Below are positions 17,800 through 27,002 of a DNA stretch of 64,000 bases, in pieces. Source of the stretch: Candidatus Eiseniibacteriota bacterium (GTDB lineage Bacteria; Orphanbacterota; Orphanbacteria; Orphanbacterales; Orphanbacteraceae); the NCBI GenBank assembly GCA_016930695.1, contig JAFGGD010000030.1, forward strand, positions 56,321-120,320, in the 5' to 3' direction. Position 1 is the stretch's first letter; each line of letters begins with the position of its first letter. Below the pieces are notes generated by a model. That model worked only from the letters and a program-made list of their open reading frames with translations. It had not been told where the DNA came from and made no database searches. The translations under genes were made by a program, and so were the position numbers.

Positions 17800-18860
17800 T
17801 GGCCCGGAAACTGATGAAGGGGAACGTAGCGGTGGTCATGGGGGCGATCCTCGCGGACTGCCGCGCCTTCTTCGGATACCCGATCACGCCGGCGAGCGAG
17901 ATCACCGAGACGGCGGCGGACCTGTTCCCCCGCCTCGGCCGCGTCTTCCTGCAGGCGGAGAGCGAAGTGGCCGCGATCAACATGGTCTACGGCGCCGCGT
18001 CGACGGGAACCCGCACCATGACCGCCTCCTCTTCGCCGGGGATCAGCCTGAAGCAGGAAGGAATCTCTTACTGCGCCGGCTCGGAACTGCCGTGCGTGAT
18101 CGTCGACGTGGTGCGCGGCGGCCCGGGCTTGGGCAACATCGCGCCGGAACAGGCGGACTACTTCCAGATGGTCAAAGGGGGCGGCCACGGCAACTACAGG
18201 AACATCGTCCTCGCCCCCAACTGCGCCCAGGAGATGTGCGACTTCACCAAGCTCGCCTTCGACCTGGCCGATAAGTACCGCAACCCGGTGGTGATTCTCA
18301 CGGACGGTTTCATCGGGCAGATGATGGAGCCGGTGGAACTGGAATACGACCCGGTCACGGCGCCGAAGAAAGAGTGGTCCGTGGACGGAACGAGCGCCAC
18401 GCAGGGGAATCTGGTTTGCTCCATTCAGCTCGCCCCGGAGGAGCTGGAACAGCACGTGTACCATTTGTACGAGAAGTATGCAAAGGTCGAGGCGGCGGAG
18501 ATCCGCTTCGAGGAATACCTCACCGAAGACGCGGAGATCATCACCGTCGGATACGGCGTGATGTCCCGCATCCTCACGTCCGTGGTGGACGAGGCGCGCC
18601 GCCGGGGGATCAAGGCGGGCATGATCCGTCCCATCTCCCTTTGGCCCTTCCCGACGGAGATCATCCGGAAGTACGCCGACTCGGACCGGGTGAAGGAGTT
18701 CTTCGTGGGCGAGCTGGCGATGGGACAGATGGTGGAGGACGTCCGCCTCGCCGTGGAGGGCCGGAAGCCGGTCCGCCAGTTCCACCGCGTCGGCGGCATG
18801 GTGCCCGACGAGGCCGAGGTTCTGGAAGCCCTCATGGCGCCGAAGGGGGTGGCGAAGTGA
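17799..18860 (+). CDS. korA: 2-oxoacid:ferredoxin oxidoreductase alpha subunit
   Basis: TGATG overlap with the korD stop. N-terminus [35 protein letters not shown] is typical of POR/KOR alpha subunits. Confidence 0.85.
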   Translation: MARKLMKGNVAVVMGAILADCRAFFGYPITPASEITETAADLFPRLGRVFLQAESEVAAINMVYGAASTGTRTMTASSSPGISLKQEGISYCAGSELPCVIVDVVRGGPGLGNIAPEQADYFQMVKGGGHGNYRNIVLAPNCAQEMCDFTKLAFDLADKYRNPVVILTDGFIGQMMEPVELEYDPVTAPKKEWSVDGTSATQGNLVCSIQLAPEELEQHVYHLYEKYAKVEAAEIRFEEYLTEDAEIITVGYGVMSRILTSVVDEARRRGIKAGMIRPISLWPFPTEIIRKYADSDRVKEFFVGELAMGQMVEDVRLAVEGRKPVRQFHRVGGMVPDEAEVLEALMAPKGVAK

Positions 18861-20272
18861 CGGAAAAGATCATCGAGAAACCGCGAAGCATTCTGGACGA
18901 ATACAAATACAAACCGGGGGCGGACAAGACTTCGACCCACTACTGCCCCGGCTGCGGCCACGGCAACATCCACAAGCTGATCGGCATGGCCGTGGACGAG
19001 CTGGACGTGGCGGACCGCACCATCCTGATCAGCCCGGTCGGGTGCAGCGTTTTCGCCTACTACTACTTCAACTTCGGCAACATCCAGGTCCCCCACGGCC
19101 GGGCGCCGGCGGCGGCGACGGGCGCCAAACGAAGCCGTCCGGACTCGATCGTCATCTCCTACCAGGGGGACGGCGACCTGGCGGCCATCGGCGGGAACAA
19201 CATCCTGCAGGCGGCCAACCGCGGCGAGAACATCACCGTCTTTTTCGTGAACAACGCGATCTACGGGATGACCGGAGGCCAGATGGCCCCCACCACCCTC
19301 GTCGGACAGAGCACCTCCACCACCCCCCGGGGGCGCACGATCCGGAACGAGGGCTACCCGATCCGCGTGTGCGAGCTTCTCTCCTCGCTCGAGGCGCCGG
19401 CCTACCTCGAGAGGGTCGCCCTCATCGATCCCAAGCACGTCGCCAAGGCGCGCAAGGCGATCAAGAAGGCGATCCAGACTCAGGTCGAAGGGAAAGGTTT
19501 CTCGCTCGTGGAGATTCTCTCCCCCTGCCCGACGGGTTGGAAGATCACGCCGGTGCAGTCGCGCAAATGGATCGAAGAGACGATGCTTCCCATCTTCCCG
19601 CTGGGCGTCTACCGGGACAAGACCGGCGACGAACCCGGCTCATTCGACGAGCTTGATCCGGAACCGGTGGAGAGGGTGCTCGGCATCGGCGGCGACGACG
19701 GCGGCGATAAAGCGCCCCGGCAAAAACTGGACCGGGAGATCCGGATGAAGGTCGCCGGTTTCGGCGGCCAGGGAATCCTCTTCCTCGGCGAAGTGCTCGC
19801 GGACGCGGGTATGCACGCCGGCTATCACGTCACCTGGCTCCCTTCCTATGGACCGGAGATGCGGGGGGGAACGGCGAACTGCCAGGTCGTCGTCAGCGAA
19901 GAGCGGATCGGCGCGCCCCTGGTCTCGCGGCCGACCGTGCTGATCGCCATGAACCGGCCTTCCTTCGAGCGATTCACTCCCGACCTTCAGCCCGGGGGAA
20001 CGGTGATCTACGACTCCTCGTTGATCGAGAACGTGACCGTCCCGGAGGGGATCAAGGGATACGGCGTGCCGGCCACCAAGATCGCCGATGATCTGGGGAA
20101 CACCCGTGTGGCGAACGTGGTCGCGATGGGCGCCTACCTGGGGGTCACCGATCTCTTCTCGAGGGAGCAGGCCGAGAAGGCTCTCCGTCTGCACATCAAG
20201 AAGGAGAAGCTCATTCCCCTGAACCTGAAGGCGCTCGACGCCGGCATTCAGGCGGCCAAGGCGCTCCTGTAG
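18857..20272 (+). CDS. korB: 2-oxoacid:ferredoxin oxidoreductase beta subunit (TPP-binding) fused to gamma subunit
   Basis: GTG start overlapping the korA stop (GTGA). Beta-subunit hallmarks YCPGCGHG and GDGD...GGNN (TPP-binding). An in-frame C-terminal ~190 aa beginning [29 protein letters not shown] matches gamma subunits (GFGGQG...YGPEMRGG). Confidence 0.8.
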   Translation: MTEKIIEKPRSILDEYKYKPGADKTSTHYCPGCGHGNIHKLIGMAVDELDVADRTILISPVGCSVFAYYYFNFGNIQVPHGRAPAAATGAKRSRPDSIVISYQGDGDLAAIGGNNILQAANRGENITVFFVNNAIYGMTGGQMAPTTLVGQSTSTTPRGRTIRNEGYPIRVCELLSSLEAPAYLERVALIDPKHVAKARKAIKKAIQTQVEGKGFSLVEILSPCPTGWKITPVQSRKWIEETMLPIFPLGVYRDKTGDEPGSFDELDPEPVERVLGIGGDDGGDKAPRQKLDREIRMKVAGFGGQGILFLGEVLADAGMHAGYHVTWLPSYGPEMRGGTANCQVVVSEERIGAPLVSRPTVLIAMNRPSFERFTPDLQPGGTVIYDSSLIENVTVPEGIKGYGVPATKIADDLGNTRVANVVAMGAYLGVTDLFSREQAEKALRLHIKKEKLIPLNLKALDAGIQAAKALL

Positions 20273-20312
20273 AAAACCCCGGCGGACCCGCCCCGGCGAG
20301 GGAGGTCCGCGT

Positions 20313-20675
20313 ATGGCTCGGAAAGCGCGAATCCTCGTGATCGAGGACGATCTAGGGCTCAGGGCGTCGCTCTGCGCCCTTTTTCGTCGCGCCCGTTACG
20401 ACCCTCTCGGCGTCTCCTCTCCGGAAGGGCTCCGTCTCCTCCGGAAGGGGCTGGACGTGGACTTGATCGTCGCGGATCTCTGGGACGGGCCGCCGGAGGG
20501 AAGGGCCCTCCTCCGCCTTCTCGACCGGACGGGCCGACGCGGCATGCTCCTTCGCCTTTCCGATCCTCGCGGCGGCGGCGGCGGGGAAGAGGAGCGTGAG
20601 GAGGATCTCTCCGTGACCGACAATATCCTCCACCGCGGCAGGCTGCTCGATCAGGTCGCACGCATGCTCGAATGA
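20313..20675 (+). CDS. Single-domain receiver-like protein (atypical/orphan REC)
   Basis: MARKARILVIEDDLGLR...DLIVADL keeps the acidic pocket residues, but the conserved T/S and K are not evident. The C-terminus is Gly/Glu-rich and low-complexity. Confidence 0.4.
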   Translation: MARKARILVIEDDLGLRASLCALFRRARYDPLGVSSPEGLRLLRKGLDVDLIVADLWDGPPEGRALLRLLDRTGRRGMLLRLSDPRGGGGGEEEREEDLSVTDNILHRGRLLDQVARMLE

Positions 20676-20818
20676 GGGCGGCGTTTCCTCCGGAAAGCCC
20701 GGAAATCTCTCGGCGCCGGGAACGCGGCGACGGCCGAATTTTTACCAGTGGCGACCCGCAGAACCCTCACTATACTGAGTAAAGAAGACCGATCGAAAAC
20801 AGACGAGGAGGAAGATCG

Positions 20819-21106
20819 ATGGTCCGTCCAGAAGAGGACGGGAGAATCCTCTTTCGCTTCTCCTGTCCGGAAAGGCAGGGACCGGTTTTCCTGGTGGGGG
20901 ACTTCAACGGGTGGAGCGAGAGAAGACACCCGATGGAGCGTACCCCGGACGGCCACTGGCGAATCCGCATACCGCTTCCGCCCGGACGCTACGCCTTCAA
21001 GTACCTCTGCCGGGGAGACTGGTACAACGACCCGCAGGCGGACGCCTACCGCGAGAACGCCTGGGGGAGCGTCGACTCCCTGATCAGCATCCCCCGTTCG
21101 CGTTGA
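20819..21106 (+). CDS. Stand-alone CBM48 (glycogen-binding/early-set) domain protein
   Basis: 95 aa. RFSCPERQGPVFLVGDFNGWSERRHPMERTPDGHWRIRIPLPPGRYAFKY resembles the N-terminal CBM48 of isoamylases/branching enzymes and the AMPK-beta GBD. Confidence 0.55.
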   Translation: MVRPEEDGRILFRFSCPERQGPVFLVGDFNGWSERRHPMERTPDGHWRIRIPLPPGRYAFKYLCRGDWYNDPQADAYRENAWGSVDSLISIPRSR

Positions 21107-21349
21107 CCCTACCGTTTTCTTCCGGGAAAGGGCGGCCGTTCCTTTCCGCGCGCGGGTGAGGGGGAGCGCCGCGGTCCGTCCTTTCGAGGACCCGCGGGAC
21201 GATTGCCCGCCCGCGCCGCCGACACCGGTTTTTCAGACTTCCCGCCTCGCTTCTTGTCCCCGAACCGATCCTCCGGTAGCATTCCCTCGAATCCCGAGAG
21301 CAACTGAGCCCGGGCGGACGCCGCGGGTGGGCGAAAGAGGGAGCGGAAC

Positions 21350-23698
21350 ATGAGCCGAATCGACCGCTTGTACGAGGAGTCGGAACCGCATTTTCCCCGA
21401 TGGGAAACGATCAAGGATTGCGTCGATCAGTTCATTGATTTGATGCTCAATTATCGCCAGAGCGGCCACCCGGGGGGCTCGCGTTCCAAAACGCACGCCC
21501 TTGTGGCGACACTGCTCGGCGGTGTGATGCGCTGGGACATCCGCCGCCCCGACGCCCCCTTCGGCGATCGCTTCGTTCTGGTGGCCGGACACACCGTTCC
21601 CCTGGTCTACGCCACCCTGGCGGTGCTGAACGAGTCGCTGCGCGCCCGGCACCGCGAAACCGGCGACCCCCGCTTCCTCATCCGCAAGGAAGAGGAACGC
21701 GCCCTCTACGCGGAGCACCTGCTCGGCTTCCGCCGGAACGGAGGCCTATCGGGACACGCCGAGATGGAAGGGCGGACCCTCTTCCTCAAGTTCAACACCG
21801 GCCCATCCGGCCACGGCTCGCCGGCGGCGGCGGGCGAGGCGCTGGCGCTGAGGCGCGCCGGGGCGGCGGGCGTTCGCGTCTTCGCCTTCGAGGGGGAAGG
21901 GGGGCACTCCGCCGGTGCGATCCACGAAACCAAGAACTCCGCCTGGGGGCTCGGCCTGGACAATCTGATCTACGTGCTCGACTGGAACGACTTCGGGATC
22001 GACGACCACCGGGTCTCCTCGGTGATCGCCGGCGGACCGGAGGATTGGTTCGGCGCCTACGGGTGGAGGGTGCGCGGGGCGGAGGAAGGAAGCGCCTGGG
22101 GTCCCGTCACGCGGGCCCTTCTCGAGATCGTCCACGATCCGGATCCGGGAGGGCGGCCCGGCGCCGTTTGGATCCGCACCCGAAAGGGACGCGGCTACCT
22201 GAAATACGACAACAAATCCCACGGCTCGCCGCACGCGGCGAACTCGGAACTCTTCTGGGAGACGAAGCGGGAATTCGCCGAGAAGTACGGCGTTCGCTTC
22301 GAGGGTTTCGGCCGGCCCCTCCCGTCGGATCCGGAGGCGGTGCGGGAACAGGCGGCGGCCAACTACCAAATCGTGCTCGACGTCATCCGGAAGGACCGGG
22401 ATCTTCTCCACTACCTGACCGACCGCCTCGTGGAGATCGGCGAGTCGGTGCCGGACCGGCTCGAAGGCTTCCGCATCCCGGAGGAACGGAACCCGGCCGA
22501 GGACGAAACATTCTTCGATTGCCGCGCCTACCCGGAAACGATCTGGGCGAAGCCGGGCGAGAAGAAACCGAACCGGGCCGCCCTCGCCTCGTGGGGCGCC
22601 TGGATCAACTCGGCGAGCCGGGAACGATACGGGAGGCCCCTCTTCATCGCCTGCAGCGCCGACCTGGCCGATTCGACCAACATCTCCGGCTTCGGAAACG
22701 GGTGGGAAGGGTCGGAGGGATGGGGCTGGTACGAACGGGAGACGAACCCGGAGGGAGCCCTCCTCCCGCAGGAGATCACCGAGTTCACCAACGCGGGGAT
22801 CATGGCGGGACTGGCGTCGGTGAACTTCTCCCGGGAGCCGGAGAAGCGGTTCAACGGGTTCTGGGGGGCCTGCTCCACCTACGGTTCCTTTTCGTACCTC
22901 AAGTATGGGCCGATGCGTCTCTTCAGCCAGCTCGCGCAGGACTGCGACCTGCGGGTCGGCCGCGTCCTCTGGGTGGCGGGCCACTCCGGCCCGGAAACGG
23001 CGGACGATTCGCGCACCCATTTCGGCATCTTCGCCCCCGGCGTAACCGATCTCTTTCCGCGGGGCCGGGTGGTGAACCTCCATCCCTGGGAGTACAACGA
23101 GGTGCCAGTGGTGCTCGCCGAGGCCTTTCGCGGCGACTGGCCGATCGTGGTCCTTCATCTCACCCGCCCGCCCGTGGAAATCCCGGACCGGGAGGCGCTC
23201 GGGATGGCGCATCACTTCGAGGCGGCCCGCGGCGCCTACCTGATCCGGCCCTACCGGGAGGACAAGCCCCGGGGCGGCGTTCTTTTCGTGCAGGGGACGT
23301 CCACCACGGCCAATCTGATTCGCGTGTTGCCGGAGCTGGACCGAGAAGGTTTGAATGTAAAGATCGTGGCGGCGATCTCCCGGGAGCTGTTCGACCGGCA
23401 GCCGGAGCCTTACAGAAACGGCCTCGTTTCCGACGCGGACTGGATCGACTCGACGGTGATCACCAACCGCTCCCGCCTCCTCGCCGGACCCTGGTTGGCG
23501 CACCGGGACGCGGAGGCTTACGCCATATCCTCGGACTGGGACGACCGTTGGCGGACCGGAGGCACGTTGGAGGAGGTGTGCGAGGAGGCGCGCATCTCGC
23601 CGGAGTGGATCCTACGCGGGATCGAGCGTTTCGTCCGGGACCGGGAAAAGCGTCTCGGCCGGATCGCCGGCGCGCTGGCGAGGGCGCGAAAAGAGTGA
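21350..23698 (+). CDS. Transketolase-family TPP-dependent enzyme (unusually long, 782 aa)
   Basis: SGHPGGS and DRFVLVAGH align to the transketolase N-terminal motifs SGHPG and DRFVLSNGH. GEGGHSAG, NLIYVLDWNDFGIDD and FGAYGWRV align to the GDGCMMEG, NLI..DDNGISIDG and FEAYGWHV region. About 120 extra residues relative to classical Tkt. Confidence 0.7.
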   Translation: MSRIDRLYEESEPHFPRWETIKDCVDQFIDLMLNYRQSGHPGGSRSKTHALVATLLGGVMRWDIRRPDAPFGDRFVLVAGHTVPLVYATLAVLNESLRARHRETGDPRFLIRKEEERALYAEHLLGFRRNGGLSGHAEMEGRTLFLKFNTGPSGHGSPAAAGEALALRRAGAAGVRVFAFEGEGGHSAGAIHETKNSAWGLGLDNLIYVLDWNDFGIDDHRVSSVIAGGPEDWFGAYGWRVRGAEEGSAWGPVTRALLEIVHDPDPGGRPGAVWIRTRKGRGYLKYDNKSHGSPHAANSELFWETKREFAEKYGVRFEGFGRPLPSDPEAVREQAAANYQIVLDVIRKDRDLLHYLTDRLVEIGESVPDRLEGFRIPEERNPAEDETFFDCRAYPETIWAKPGEKKPNRAALASWGAWINSASRERYGRPLFIACSADLADSTNISGFGNGWEGSEGWGWYERETNPEGALLPQEITEFTNAGIMAGLASVNFSREPEKRFNGFWGACSTYGSFSYLKYGPMRLFSQLAQDCDLRVGRVLWVAGHSGPETADDSRTHFGIFAPGVTDLFPRGRVVNLHPWEYNEVPVVLAEAFRGDWPIVVLHLTRPPVEIPDREALGMAHHFEAARGAYLIRPYREDKPRGGVLFVQGTSTTANLIRVLPELDREGLNVKIVAAISRELFDRQPEPYRNGLVSDADWIDSTVITNRSRLLAGPWLAHRDAEAYAISSDWDDRWRTGGTLEEVCEEARISPEWILRGIERFVRDREKRLGRIAGALARARKE

Positions 23699-23726
23699 GC
23701 CGGCCGGAGGGAAGGCGTGAACGGAA

Positions 23727-23758
23727 GAGGGGAGGTCCCGGCGGGGCCTCCCCTCTTT
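23727..23758. terminator. Bidirectional hairpin terminator between convergent genes
   Basis: GAGGGGAGG-tcccggcgggg-CCTCCCCTC 9-bp stem followed by TTTGC, lying between the 3' ends of the transketolase-like gene (+) and the FG-GAP gene (-). Confidence 0.5.
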
Positions 23759-23780
23759 GCTTGCCCCTCGATTTCGCGGA

Positions 23781-25532
23781 TCAGCGGATCAGCGTCATTT
23801 TGCGGACCACGCTCTCTCCGTTCGCATCGAGCCGGTAGAGATAGACGCCGGAAGCGACGGAGCGGCCGGCGTCCGTCGTGCCGTCCCAGACCTTCTCGTG
23901 ATCCCCCGCGCCGACCTCGCCCCGGAAGAGGGTTCGGACGATCCGTCCGGAGGGGTCGAGGACCGTCAACGCCACGCGGGAGGGATTCTCCACGCGGAAG
24001 GGAAGAACGGTGGCCGGGTTGAAGGGGTTCGGCCGGTTGGGAAGGAGAACGAAGGCGGCGGGCGGCGCGCCGGCGGCGATCGCCGTCGCCGTCTCGTGGA
24101 GGAAGGCGATGTTCGGGTCGTCCGGATCCCAGTTGGTGACCACCAGGTCGAGGTTCTCGGAATAGACGTAGTCGATCTCCACGTTCCCCGAACCGGCGGG
24201 CGGGGCGGAGGCGAGCGAGATCCATCCCTTGTCCAGGTCGTAGGCGTAGGCGCCGTAGGGGACGGGGTTCCCGTTCACCCGGATCGCGTCGATACGGCGG
24301 AGGGGGAAGTTTTCCGTATAAAACACCTTCGCCGCACCGTCGCCGCTCTTCGACTCACCGGTCACGGCGACGGAACCGAAGTTGTCCAGGTCCCCCCAGA
24401 CGCAGCTCTCCACCACGAGTCCTTTGGCCGGGTTGGGGAAGATGTAGGAGAAGGAGGCGGTCGGCTCCAGGGCGCCGCCGAGGTTCTCGTACACGACCGC
24501 ATGCTCCCACCAGCCTCCCGAGGCGAGGTCGAGGTCGCCGTCGCCGTCCGCGTCGGCGAGGGAGACGGCGGAGTAGTACTGCTTCGGGTCCGAACAGATC
24601 CAGGAGGCGTTCGCCTCCAGCGTGCCGCCGGTGTTGAAGTAAACGCGCACGTCCGACGCGCCGCCGAGCTGGCCGTTGTTCGCCACCGCCAGGTCGAGCA
24701 GACCGTCGCCGTTCACGTCCCCCCAATCGAGCTGGAGGGTGTTCTCCGTGTCCGCCGACTCCCAGAAGGGAACCGAATCGAGCCCCGCGCCGTTGTTCCG
24801 GTACACCCGGTTGGGGCCGAACTCGTTCGCCACCGCCAAGTCGAGGTCGCCGTCGCCGTCCAGGTCCCCCCACGCCACGTCGAGGGAGTAGTCCACCGGA
24901 CCGGTGGTCCAAACCGCGCCGGTCGTCAGCACGCCGCCGTCGTTCCTGTACAGCTTGCTCTTCTGCGGCACCGACGTGTAAGTCTCGCCGCAGGCGACCG
25001 CCAGGTCGAGGTCGCCGTCGCCGTCCGCGTCCCCCCACGCGAGATCGAAGCTGTTGTCCAGGTCGCCGGAAGTCCAAACCGGCAGCGAGGAGAAGGTTCC
25101 CCCCTGGTTCTCGTACACCTTGTCGTACTGGGGCGTCCCCGGATCGCCGAGCAGCGCGACGGCGAGATCCAGGTCGCCGTCGCCGTCCATGTCGCCCAAA
25201 TCGATGTGACAGTGGTAGCCCACGTCGGCGCTGCTCCAAGAGGCGGTTCTCTCGAGCATGCCGCCCAGGTTGTAGTACACGCGGTTCGGATTCCGAGCCA
25301 TGTCATTGCCGTTTCCGGTCACCAGATCGAGATAGCCGTCGCCATCCACATCGGCGAGAGCCCCGCCGGTGCTGTAGTCCCCGTCGATGGACCGCCAGTC
25401 CGGCGGTTTGATCAGGGGCACCACCCCACGCGCCGGGAGGGGTGCCGCGAGAAGGAGCGGCAGGGGAAGAAGGAGAAGGAGCGTTCGGAAAAAAGCGGGA
25501 AGGGATAGGGTTCGGATCCCGGCACCGGACAT
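23781..25532 (-). CDS. FG-GAP/VCBS-repeat beta-propeller protein with T9SS C-terminal sorting domain
   Basis: Signal peptide ...LLLLLPLPLLLAAPLPARG. Repeated DxDGDGxxDLxV calcium-binding repeats (DVDGDGYLDLVTG, DMDGDGDLDLAVA, DADGDGDLDLAVA, DLDGDGDLDLAVA, DVNGDGLLDLAVA, DADGDGDLDLASG). C-terminus ...SGVYLYRLDANGESVVRKMTLIR. The mirror ORF 23757-25508 (+) was rejected. Confidence 0.75.
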   Translation of the reverse strand: MSGAGIRTLSLPAFFRTLLLLLPLPLLLAAPLPARGVVPLIKPPDWRSIDGDYSTGGALADVDGDGYLDLVTGNGNDMARNPNRVYYNLGGMLERTASWSSADVGYHCHIDLGDMDGDGDLDLAVALLGDPGTPQYDKVYENQGGTFSSLPVWTSGDLDNSFDLAWGDADGDGDLDLAVACGETYTSVPQKSKLYRNDGGVLTTGAVWTTGPVDYSLDVAWGDLDGDGDLDLAVANEFGPNRVYRNNGAGLDSVPFWESADTENTLQLDWGDVNGDGLLDLAVANNGQLGGASDVRVYFNTGGTLEANASWICSDPKQYYSAVSLADADGDGDLDLASGGWWEHAVVYENLGGALEPTASFSYIFPNPAKGLVVESCVWGDLDNFGSVAVTGESKSGDGAAKVFYTENFPLRRIDAIRVNGNPVPYGAYAYDLDKGWISLASAPPAGSGNVEIDYVYSENLDLVVTNWDPDDPNIAFLHETATAIAAGAPPAAFVLLPNRPNPFNPATVLPFRVENPSRVALTVLDPSGRIVRTLFRGEVGAGDHEKVWDGTTDAGRSVASGVYLYRLDANGESVVRKMTLIR

Positions 25533-25608
25533 GATCGCACCTCGCTTGCGTGTGTTCGGCTTCGGCGTTCCGGGGAGCGTGGTGGGAGGGGAACGCTCGG
25601 CGTTCAGA

Positions 25609-25693
25609 TGCCGGAGGTCGGAATCGAACCGACACGAGGCTAAGCCTCGGGGGATTTTGAGTCCCCTGCGTCTACCAATTTCACCACTCCGGC
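25609..25693 (-). tRNA. tRNA-Leu (anticodon CAA)
   Basis: Reverse complement reads GCCGGAGTGGTGAAATTGGTAGACGCAGGGGACTCAAAATCCCCCGAGGCTTAGCCTCGTGTCGGTTCGATTCCGACCTCCGGCA. It has a 7-bp acceptor stem, anticodon loop CUCAAAA (CAA), a long variable arm and a GTTCGATTC T-loop. It is close to the E. coli leuX sequence as recalled. CCA is not encoded. Confidence 0.85.
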
Positions 25694-25836
25694 GCGATCT
25701 ACCTTATAATTCTACAGGTCGTTTCGCGCGCCGTCAACGGCTTCCCGAGAGGAGGGAGAACGCCTTTTCGTGTTGACGGAAACGAGCCGAAAGGGTATCT
25801 TCTCACTCTGATCGGCGCCTATTGCGAAGAGGAATG

Positions 25837-25909
25837 GGGGCTGTAGCTCAGCTGGGAGAGCACTTGACTGGCAGTCAAGAGGCCACGGGTTCGAGCCCCG
25901 TCAGCTCCA
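25837..25909 (+). tRNA. tRNA-Ala (anticodon GGC)
   Basis: GGGGCTGTAGCTCAGCTGGGAGAGCACTTGACTGGCAGTCAAGAGGCCACGGGTTCGAGCCCCGTCAGCTCCA. G3:U70 Ala identity pair, anticodon loop CUGGCAG, GTTCGAGCC T-arm. CCA is not encoded. Confidence 0.9.
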
Positions 25910-25930
25910 TTTTTCTTTTCCCCGACCGCT

Positions 25931-26551
25931 CTATTCCCAGTCGAACTTCCATGTGTGGTGCTGCACCATTTCGCCATCGTGATACGCTTCGAATACGACC
26001 GAGGAGATGGATCGATCGAGCCGGAACGGGAAAGTAACGTCCGCTATGCTCCCCCAGATCGAAGTGCCGCGAATCGACGCTTCCTGCAGCTCGGCGCCCC
26101 GCACCTCCTCGATGGCGGCCGGATCGAAAACCCCTTCGTCCCCGCCGCGGAGGCGGAAATTCCACCGTTCCAAATCGACCATGTCGGCACGATCCCCCCA
26201 GATGACGACGCGGAAGCTGATCCCCCGGTCGATGAACCGTTCCCGCATCGACCGGAGGGCCTGATCGGCGCCCGACTTGTCGCCGACCCGCTTGACCAGG
26301 TACGCGTAATCATAGAGAAGAACGGACGTGGTTCCGGAGGTCTCCATCAGCGTTCGTCCCGTGTAGGGACGGACGAAATACGCCTCCAGTTCCTCGAGGG
26401 AGAGGTTCCGATAACTCATGTGAATCTGTTCGTCCACGGTAGGGTGGACGGGTTCCATAAAGAAGGCGGGGGGGGAGCATGAGAGGAGCGGGAGGAAAAG
26501 CGCGAAGGCGATCGGGGCGAGGGCGAGGCAGGTGACTTTTCTCTTATGCAT
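25931..26551 (-). CDS. Lipoprotein of unknown function
   Basis: Lipobox LPLLS-C in MHKRKVTCLALAPIAFALFLPLLSCSPP. The start was chosen at the Met preceding the signal peptide; the ORF track allows 26581. Confidence 0.5.
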   Translation of the reverse strand: MHKRKVTCLALAPIAFALFLPLLSCSPPAFFMEPVHPTVDEQIHMSYRNLSLEELEAYFVRPYTGRTLMETSGTTSVLLYDYAYLVKRVGDKSGADQALRSMRERFIDRGISFRVVIWGDRADMVDLERWNFRLRGGDEGVFDPAAIEEVRGAELQEASIRGTSIWGSIADVTFPFRLDRSISSVVFEAYHDGEMVQHHTWKFDWE

Positions 26552-26986
26552 CACGAATCCCTCCGGGCAACACCGTACCAACGGCGCCGATGTGAGTCAA
26601 GATCGACGCAATCCGCATCGCCCCCTCGCATTCTGGATTCCGCCCTTCTTGACACAACGCCTCTATTGCATTAAAATAAATATCGACAACGGCTTAAGGT
26701 TGGTGCGCGCCTTTTCCCCATCATGCGGGAAAAGACCCTCGAGCCGGAATCGATTGTGCCGCAACCGAGTACCGGGACATCCCCCCCGCACTCCCGGAGA
26801 GGTGTGAGGCAAAACGCCTTACATCGCTCGATCGACCGTGAGAGGGTTCTTCTTCCTGAAAGGGAGAGAGGGCGAGGAGCGGGTGTTGCCCATGAACCGT
26901 GATTTCATTCTAGCAAACGGTTTGTACCGCGGACCTCAGAAATCACCCGAGGTCCCTCTGTGCTTTCTTTGCACACCCCCTATCCC

Positions 26987-27002
26987 TGGCACCCCCCTTG
27001 CA
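26987..27002 (+). promoter_or_regulatory. Sigma-54 promoter (TGGCAC-N5-TTGCA), near-consensus
   Basis: Exact -24 TGGCAC and -12 TTGCA with a 5-nt spacer, read directly, 215 nt upstream of the 27218 start codon. Confidence 0.6.

Noticed and set aside
18092-18274. Small ORFs inside korA (18092-18274 +, 18194-18424 -) and similar 60-110-aa ORFs throughout
   Set aside because: Nested within confidently called genes in other frames, with no RBS or motifs. Expected background in GC-rich DNA.
20560-20610. GGC/GAG trinucleotide-rich stretch (ggcggcggcggcggggaagaggagcgtgaggag) considered as a repeat/CRISPR-like element
   Set aside because: Short, coding (Gly/Glu-rich tail of the receiver-like protein), no spacer-repeat periodicity. 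No CRISPR array exists anywhere in the window.
21746-25508. Long antisense ORFs 21746-23503 (-) and 23757-25508 (+) mirroring the transketolase-like and FG-GAP genes
   Set aside because: The opposite strands carry recognisable motifs (TPP motifs; DxDGDG repeats plus signal peptide plus CTD). These ORFs are compositional artefacts.
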